Shown piece by piece: positions 57,977 to 64,000 of a DNA stretch of 64,000 nucleotides. The position numbers and the translations under genes are program-made. The notes under the pieces were generated by a model. The model did no database searches and was not told the DNA's origin. It saw only the letters and a list, made by a program, of their open reading frames with translations. The stretch spans positions 32,001 through 96,000 of the forward strand of contig CAVXGR010000017.1 in NCBI GenBank assembly GCA_963761335.1, written 5' to 3'. The DNA is from an uncultured delta proteobacterium. GTDB lineage: Bacteria > Desulfobacterota > Binatia > HRBIN30 > BPIQ01. Positions within the stretch are counted from its first letter, which is position 1, and each line of letters starts with the position of its first letter.

Positions 57977-59131
57977 TCAGAGCATCGAGGTGTCGGTGTC
58001 GACGCCCAGCAGCACCCGCCCGCTGAGCTCCCAGGTGGCCGGCGACACCATCATGTGCTGGGTGGCGACGTGGATGTCGCGGAAGCAGCGCTGCAGCGGA
58101 CTGCGGGCATAGATCGAGGTGCCGCCGCCGGCGTTGTACATGAGGTCGACCGCCTGGGCGGCGGCGATGGTGGCGTGGGTGGCGGCCAGGCGCAGCAGGG
58201 CGCGCCGTTCGACGGACATCTCGGTGCCGCCCGCCGCCGTTTTCCAGGTCTCTTCCACGGTGTCGTAGAGAAAGGCGCCCGCCGAGCGCAGACCCGCCTC
58301 GGCCTGGGCGACCTGTGTCTGCACGGCGCCGCGATCGCGCAGCTTGCGCCTGCCCGCCGCAGGTGTCTTGGTGGCGGCCAGCGCCGTGAGCTCGTCGATG
58401 GCCCGCCGCCCGATGCCCAGGGCGACGGCGGCGATGCCGAGTGCGAGCAGTCCGAAGACCGGGAAGACGTAGAGCGCCCCCGGGTGACGCGGCCGATCGG
58501 TGAACAGGGACACGGAGCGCTCCGCCGGCACGCGCAGATCGGCGACGGAGATGTCGTGGCTGCCGGTGCCGCGTAGCCCGGCGACGTCCCAGGTGTCGAT
58601 GATCTTGGCGTCCGCTGCCGGAAAGACCATCAGACGCGAATCCGGCGCGCCGTTGGGAAGCAGGCGCACAGCGCCGTTCTCGCTGACCACCGCGCCTCCC
58701 ATCAGCCAGTCGCAGTGCTGGCAGCCGCTGGCGAAGGCCCAGCGGCCGCTCACCAGGTAGGCGCCGTCGTGCAGCACGGCGAGGCCGGTCGGGGCGAACA
58801 CGCCGCCGGTGATCGTCTCGGGGTGATAGATCTCGGCGGCGGTGGCGTCGTCGAGGTAGGCGCTGAGCACGCCGCTGGTGGCGCCGATCATCACGCACCA
58901 GCCGGCGGAGCCATCCGCGGTGGCGGTCAGCTCGATGGCGCGCAGCAGCGATGCGGCGTCGGCTTCCTCGCCGCCGAGCCGGCGCGGCACGGCCATGCGA
59001 AAGAGCCCGGCGTCGGCCATCTTCTGCGCCAGGTCGCGAGGCAGATGGCGGTCGCGCTCGAAGTCGTCGGCGCGCTCGCGGACCTCGGGCGCCAGAGCCC
59101 TCGCTGCTTCGATGATCGTCTTCGTCTCCAT
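57977..59131 (-). CDS. Acyl-CoA-dehydrogenase-fold flavin-dependent monooxygenase (HsaA/DszC-like)
   Basis: DGSAGW, SGRWAFASGC, DTWDVAGLRGTGSHD, LQRCFRDIH...QH. Confidence 0.88.
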   Translation of the reverse strand: METKTIIEAARALAPEVRERADDFERDRHLPRDLAQKMADAGLFRMAVPRRLGGEEADAASLLRAIELTATADGSAGWCVMIGATSGVLSAYLDDATAAEIYHPETITGGVFAPTGLAVLHDGAYLVSGRWAFASGCQHCDWLMGGAVVSENGAVRLLPNGAPDSRLMVFPAADAKIIDTWDVAGLRGTGSHDISVADLRVPAERSVSLFTDRPRHPGALYVFPVFGLLALGIAAVALGIGRRAIDELTALAATKTPAAGRRKLRDRGAVQTQVAQAEAGLRSAGAFLYDTVEETWKTAAGGTEMSVERRALLRLAATHATIAAAQAVDLMYNAGGGTSIYARSPLQRCFRDIHVATQHMMVSPATWELSGRVLLGVDTDTSML

Positions 59132-59192
59132 TTGGGTCTCGGTGCCGCGCTCGTCGCATTCTCGCCGCCAGTGCGGGCGCAGGTCAAATGCG

Positions 59193-59245
59193 AAGTAGAA
59201 GCGCCGTCCCGGCCCTTTCCGAAGCGGCGAGACGCCGCTTCCACT
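59193..59245. repeat. REP-like palindrome, family C (AGTAGAAGCGCCGTCCCGG...GCGAGACGCCGCTTCCACT)
   Basis: Inverted near-identical copy of 51065-51116. Confidence 0.85.
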
Positions 59246-59334
59246 TGGCCCGCGGGCCGGCGAAATCGTTGCGGGGGGCGTGGCCCTGCAGTTTGTCGTT
59301 GTCGGCTTCGCCGGGCGTGATATAGCCGCGGGCG

Positions 59335-61161
59335 ATGACCCGATCCGCCGCGGTTCTGTTTCTGGTGCTGGTTTCGACGTCGGCGAGCGCCGCCGAGTAC
59401 TGGGTGAAGAACGGCGGCAGCGACGCCCTCGACGGGCTCTCTGCGGGGAATGCCTGGGCGACGCTGCAGCACGCCGCCGGGGTTGTCGACGCCGGCGACA
59501 CCGTGCACGTGCTCGACGGCTCCTATGTGGGTTTCGACCTGCGCCGCTCCGGAACGACGGGGAATCCCATCACCTTTGCCGCCGAGAGCTTGGCGGTGCA
59601 GATCACCGCCGACAACGGCACCACGCCGGATGGCATCAACGTCGAGAACGCCGCCCACGTGGTCATCGACGGCTTCACCGTCGACGGCCGCACGCGCGCC
59701 GGCATCCGCATCGCCGTCTCCCAGGACGTGGCGGTGCGCCACTGCCATACCGCCTATAACGGCAGGTGGGGGATCTTCAGCGGCTTCGCCGACGACCTGA
59801 CGATCGAGGGAAACGAGACGGACCACTCGCAGGCGGAGCACGGTATCTACGTCTCCAACAGCGGCGACCGGCCGATCATCCGCGGCAATCTCGTCCACGA
59901 CAACCACGCCAACGGCATCCACATGAACGGCGATCTCAGCCAGGGCGGCGACGGCCTCATCTCCAATGCCCTGGTTGAGGACAACGTCATCTACGGCAAC
60001 GGCGCCGGCGGCGGCTCCGGCATCAACATGGACGGGGTGACCGACAGCGTCGTGCGCAACAACCTTCTCTACGACAATCACGCCAGCGGCATCAGCCTCT
60101 ACCGCATCGACGGCGCCACTGGGTCGACGAACAACCTGGTGGTCAACAATACGGTGCTCAGTGCCAGCGACGGCCGCTGGTGCATCAACATCAACAACGG
60201 CTCGACCGGCAACACGCTGCGGAACAACATCCTGTACAACGACCATTCCTTCCGCGGGGTCATCACCATCGACTCGTCCAGCCGCACCGGCTTCACCTCG
60301 GACGACAACAGCGTCATGAGCCGCTTCAGCACCGACGGCGGTGACACGGTCATCGGCCTGGCCGCGTGGCAGGCGCTCGGCTACGACGCCCACTCTTTCC
60401 TGGCGGCACCGGCGGACCTGTTCATCGCGCCGGGCAGCGATTTCCACCTGTTGCTCGGCTGTCCGGCGGTCGACAGTGGCACCGCCGCCGGCGCGCCGTC
60501 GGTGGATCTCGACGGCAACCCCCGCCCGGTGGGCGTGGGCGTGGACGTGGGAGCATACGAGCTTCAGCTGCCCAACTGCGGCGACGGCAACATCGATCCG
60601 GGCGAGCAGTGCGGCGAGCCGGGTCTCGACTGTGCCCCCGAGCAGATTTGCGCGCAGTGCGTCTGCGTTCAGGCGCCGCCCTGCGGCAGCGGCATCTCCT
60701 TCGCGAAGCCGCGGCTGCGGATGCGCTCCAATCCGTTCTCGCTGGCGCTCAAGGGAGAGGCGGTGATCGCCAAGCCCTGGCAGGCGATCGATCCGCTCGT
60801 CAACGGCGTCCGCGTCGTCGTCGACTCGGTCGCCGGCGGCGGCGGTCTGGACGTCACCATTCCGGGCGGCGCCGGCTGGAAGGTGAACAAGGCCGGCACC
60901 CGCTGGGTCTACATCGACCGCGAGGGCACACACGCAGGCATCACACGAGTGGTGGTTCGCGACCGCTCCACCAAGGAGGACGGTCTGCTGCGCTGGGTGG
61001 TGAAGGGGAAAGGCGGGGTGGTGTCGCTGCCGTCGCCACAGAACGCGCGCGCATCGATCATCCTCGGCTCTGCCGCCGAGTGCGCCTCCTACACCTGGAA
61101 CCCGCCCGGCGCCGCCCGCCCGCGGTGCGACGGCGATTCGGCGCGCCTCGTCTGCCGGTAG
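59335..61161 (+). CDS. Secreted right-handed beta-helix protein with Cys-rich repeat and C-terminal beta domain
   Basis: Signal peptide; GSD...G....AW.TLQ.A, N/G/I-rich PbH1-type repeats, DLDGNPR...DVGAYE, CGDGNIDPGEQC. Confidence 0.88.
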   Translation: MTRSAAVLFLVLVSTSASAAEYWVKNGGSDALDGLSAGNAWATLQHAAGVVDAGDTVHVLDGSYVGFDLRRSGTTGNPITFAAESLAVQITADNGTTPDGINVENAAHVVIDGFTVDGRTRAGIRIAVSQDVAVRHCHTAYNGRWGIFSGFADDLTIEGNETDHSQAEHGIYVSNSGDRPIIRGNLVHDNHANGIHMNGDLSQGGDGLISNALVEDNVIYGNGAGGGSGINMDGVTDSVVRNNLLYDNHASGISLYRIDGATGSTNNLVVNNTVLSASDGRWCININNGSTGNTLRNNILYNDHSFRGVITIDSSSRTGFTSDDNSVMSRFSTDGGDTVIGLAAWQALGYDAHSFLAAPADLFIAPGSDFHLLLGCPAVDSGTAAGAPSVDLDGNPRPVGVGVDVGAYELQLPNCGDGNIDPGEQCGEPGLDCAPEQICAQCVCVQAPPCGSGISFAKPRLRMRSNPFSLALKGEAVIAKPWQAIDPLVNGVRVVVDSVAGGGGLDVTIPGGAGWKVNKAGTRWVYIDREGTHAGITRVVVRDRSTKEDGLLRWVVKGKGGVVSLPSPQNARASIILGSAAECASYTWNPPGAARPRCDGDSARLVCR

Positions 61162-61230
61162 AACGACAGCGCCGGCGGCGTCGCGAGCCGCTCCTTGCCG
61201 CACGGCGCCAATGCCGCTAGGCAGCGGAGG

Positions 61231-63561
61231 ATGAGCGCGACCCTCGAGGCGGCAGACGGCCTGACTCTGAGACTCGATAGCGACGGCGCCTGGCACCTCG
61301 CCTGGCGGGATCCGGACTGGCTCGGGCCGATCGAGCTGCGGCTGGCGCATGCGGGGCGGACGTCGCAGACCGGTCGGGTGAGCGGTCGCCTTCCGGTGAC
61401 CTTCGAATCCTTCGACGGCAGTGACGATCTGGGCTGCTTCCGCGGCGTCCACCTGTGTTCCGAAGGCCTGCCGCTGCCGATCGCGGCCAGTGCGCGCGCC
61501 TACACTGGGATGCCGCTGGTGGTCTTCCGTCTCGAAGCCGCGGCCGCCATCGAGGGGCTCGGTCGCGGCGCCTTCGCGCGGCCATCGGTCGCGTGGCCGG
61601 CGTTCTCGCCGGCGGAGCGAGTGGCGGGCGGGGCTCCCGAAGGAGCGCGCAGCTACGGGCACCAGTACACCGAGTTCGCCCTGCCGGTCAGCGGCGATGC
61701 GCTCTGCTCGGGATATTTCTTCGCGCCGCACCGGCCGCCGGTGGTGCAGCCGCTCATGCTGGTGGCGCCGGGGGGCCGCACCCTGATGCTGGCGCCGCTC
61801 AACGAGTTCCACGAGCAGATCATCGCCGTTCCCGAGGACCGCGAGCACGCCGCCGACGGCGTGCGCTGCGGCTGGCACGGCGATCTCGAGCAGGTGCCGG
61901 CGGGATTTGCCACCGAGATTGCGGTGTGGGCGGCCGAGGGCCCGCGGCGCGCCCTCGGCGATTGGGCCGCCGCACTGCGGCGCCGGCACGGCACGCAGCG
62001 GCCGTCGCGCTACGCCGACGACCTTCTCGCCAAGCTCTCCTATTGGACCGACAATGGTGCCGTCTACTACTACCGCACCGAGGCGGGCTGCGATTATCCC
62101 ACCACCCTCGAGCGCGTCGTCGAGGACCTGCGGCAGCGGCGGATCCCGGTGCAGTCGGTGCAGATCGACTCGTGGTTCTATCCGCATCGCCATCCGCGCC
62201 CGGTCAGTCCTGAAGGCGCGCCGCTGGTGCCGCCGAGCGGCATGATGACCTGGGAGCCCCGCAGCGACATTCTCCCGGACGGCTTCGCCGACCTGCGCCG
62301 CCGGCTGGGCGGTTTGCCTTTGTCGTTTCACAGCCGGCACTTCTCGAGCGAGTCGCCCTATTTCGATCGCTTTGCCGCCTGGCGCGACGGCGACTATGCC
62401 CATCCCGCCGACACCGGCCTCTTCGATCTGCTGCTGGCGGAGGCGGCGAGCTGGGGCGCGATCACCTACGAGCAGGATTGGATGGTCGAGTCCTTTCTCG
62501 GCGTGCGCGGCCTGCGCCAGGTGCCGGGACGCGCCCGCGCCTGGCAGGAGGCGCTCGACCGCGCCGCCGGGGAGCAGGGCCTGACGCTGCAGTGGTGCAT
62601 GTCGACTCCGGCCGACATGATGCAGACACTGGCGCTGCGCCACGTGGCTTCGGTGCGCACCAGCGGCGATTACCGCTATCTCTTCGACAACGGCCTGAAC
62701 TGGGTCTGGTTCCTGCAGACCAATGCGCTGGCGCGGGCGCTGGGGCTCAACCCGTACAAGGACGTCTTCCTCTCGCACGGCGACGGCGGCGACGGTCTCG
62801 GCGAGCCCTACGCCGAGGTCGAGTCGCTGCTGTCGGCGCTGAGCGCCGGACCGGTGGGCATCGGCGATCGCCTCGGCCGCAGCGTTCGCGAGATCGTCAT
62901 GAGGACATGCCGCGAGGACGGCGTGCTGGTGAAGCCGGACGTGCCGATCGCGGCGCTGGAGCGTTGCTTTCTGGGCAATGCCTTCGCCGAGCACGTGCCC
63001 CTGATCGGCGAAGCGTACTCCGACCATCCGGCCGGCCGCTGGTGGTACGTCGCCACTTTCAACGCCAGCAACGCCAAGCGGCGCCTCGACTGCCGCGTCG
63101 AGCTGAGCGACCTGGGAGCGTCGGCACCCCGGGGGGCGGTGATGCTCTACGACTGGAGACGGCAGACCTGGCAGCGACTGGAAGAGGGAGGCGGCTGGGA
63201 CTGCTCCCTCGAGTTCCAGGACTGGGACTACCGCGTCGTCTGCCCCTTGCTCGCCGGCGGAATCGCCGTTCTGGGTGACGCCGACAAGTACGCCACCGCT
63301 GGCGACCGGCGCCTCGCGCATATCGCCGTGGCCGACGGCGTCGTCTCGTTCGACGTGCTCGGCGTCGCCGGGACGCAGGTCGAGGTCGCCGGCTGGTCGC
63401 AGCAACGGCCGTCGGCGGTGCGCGTCTGGACGCCCGACGGCGAACGCGTGCTGGCGCCGTCGCCGCAGGGCGAGGGATGGTCGTGGGAGGCGAGCGGCGC
63501 CTGGCGCATACGCCTGCACCTCGGCGAGATCGCCTGGGCGCAGGTGCGGGTGAAGATGTGA
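61231..63561 (+). CDS. Putative clan GH-D glycoside hydrolase (GH36/raffinose-synthase-like)
   Basis: RBS GGAGG; SYWTDNGA, QIDSWFY, YEQDW, QWCM, RTSGDY, LSAGPVGIGD, DG.LVKP. Confidence 0.65.
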   Translation: MSATLEAADGLTLRLDSDGAWHLAWRDPDWLGPIELRLAHAGRTSQTGRVSGRLPVTFESFDGSDDLGCFRGVHLCSEGLPLPIAASARAYTGMPLVVFRLEAAAAIEGLGRGAFARPSVAWPAFSPAERVAGGAPEGARSYGHQYTEFALPVSGDALCSGYFFAPHRPPVVQPLMLVAPGGRTLMLAPLNEFHEQIIAVPEDREHAADGVRCGWHGDLEQVPAGFATEIAVWAAEGPRRALGDWAAALRRRHGTQRPSRYADDLLAKLSYWTDNGAVYYYRTEAGCDYPTTLERVVEDLRQRRIPVQSVQIDSWFYPHRHPRPVSPEGAPLVPPSGMMTWEPRSDILPDGFADLRRRLGGLPLSFHSRHFSSESPYFDRFAAWRDGDYAHPADTGLFDLLLAEAASWGAITYEQDWMVESFLGVRGLRQVPGRARAWQEALDRAAGEQGLTLQWCMSTPADMMQTLALRHVASVRTSGDYRYLFDNGLNWVWFLQTNALARALGLNPYKDVFLSHGDGGDGLGEPYAEVESLLSALSAGPVGIGDRLGRSVREIVMRTCREDGVLVKPDVPIAALERCFLGNAFAEHVPLIGEAYSDHPAGRWWYVATFNASNAKRRLDCRVELSDLGASAPRGAVMLYDWRRQTWQRLEEGGGWDCSLEFQDWDYRVVCPLLAGGIAVLGDADKYATAGDRRLAHIAVADGVVSFDVLGVAGTQVEVAGWSQQRPSAVRVWTPDGERVLAPSPQGEGWSWEASGAWRIRLHLGEIAWAQVRVKM

Positions 63562-63601
63562 GCTCGGCGGGCCTCATGATATGGGATGCCGCGAAATGGA
63601 A

Positions 63602-63985
63602 ATGATCACGCACACCGGCGGCTGCCACTGTGGTCGGGTTCGCTTCGAGGTCGATGCTCCGGCGGAGATCGAGGTCCACGAGTGCAACTGCTCGATGTGC
63701 GGCAAGGTCGGCTATCTCCACCTGACCGTGCCGCGCTCGCGCTTTCGTCTGCGCCGCGGGGGAGATCACCTGACCAGCTACAGATTCAACACCGGCGTCG
63801 CCGAGCACCTCTTCTGTGCGGTCTGCGGCGTCAAGTCGTTCTACGTGCCGCGCTCGCACCCCGACGGTTACAGCGTCAATGCGCGTTGCCTCGATCCGGG
63901 CACCGTCCACGGTCAGCGGGTGATCCCCTTCGACGGCGCTCACTGGGAAGCGCACATCGCCGAGCTGCCGGCGCGGCCGAAGTGA
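63602..63985 (+). CDS. GFA / CENP-V family Zn protein
   Basis: GGCHCG, CNCSMC, FCAVCG, PRSHP. Confidence 0.93.
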   Translation: MITHTGGCHCGRVRFEVDAPAEIEVHECNCSMCGKVGYLHLTVPRSRFRLRRGGDHLTSYRFNTGVAEHLFCAVCGVKSFYVPRSHPDGYSVNARCLDPGTVHGQRVIPFDGAHWEAHIAELPARPK

Positions 63986-64000
63986 AACCGGACTGCGGCG

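Noticed and set aside
58927..63519. 1530-aa minus-strand ORF, and similar shadows at 33140-35875, 36218-38239 and 41463-44051
   Set aside because: Antisense to well-supported genes, with no recognisable domains

Overview
High-GC bacterial chromosome segment (about 70% GC by eye, not computed). The gene mix (AMACR, SCP-x thiolase, acyl-CoA dehydrogenases, enoyl-CoA hydratases, large NAD-GDH, a Cys-rich secreted beta-helix protein) suggests a deltaproteobacteria-like lineage such as Candidatus Binatia, which is an inference. It holds about 55 CDS: lipid/steroid-type catabolism, glcDEF with a divergent alanine-glyoxylate aminotransferase, a transglutaminase / circularly permuted ATP-grasp / alpha-E peptide-ligase cluster, a MacAB-like ABC exporter, ispG, lnt, msrB, mltA, rlmD, mrp, one tRNA-Arg(CCG) and a decaying Phd-VapC pair. 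The strongest unexplained signal is non-coding and nested. (1) At 39673-40386 two tandem units with conserved non-inverted ends and different palindromic cargo sit at a CAG core inside a hairpin repeat whose empty form is visible at 53380. (2) At 51025-51135 a MITE with terminal inverted repeats and a 4-bp target duplication is inserted in the loop of a REP-like hairpin and carries another REP family. (3) At 54955-55800 a four-helix-bundle (IVP/bAvd-like) gene lies between two near-identical ~160-bp long hairpins with a compensatory base-pair change. No transposase, recombinase, reverse transcriptase or CRISPR array is visible. All calls come from motif reading only; no database search was run.
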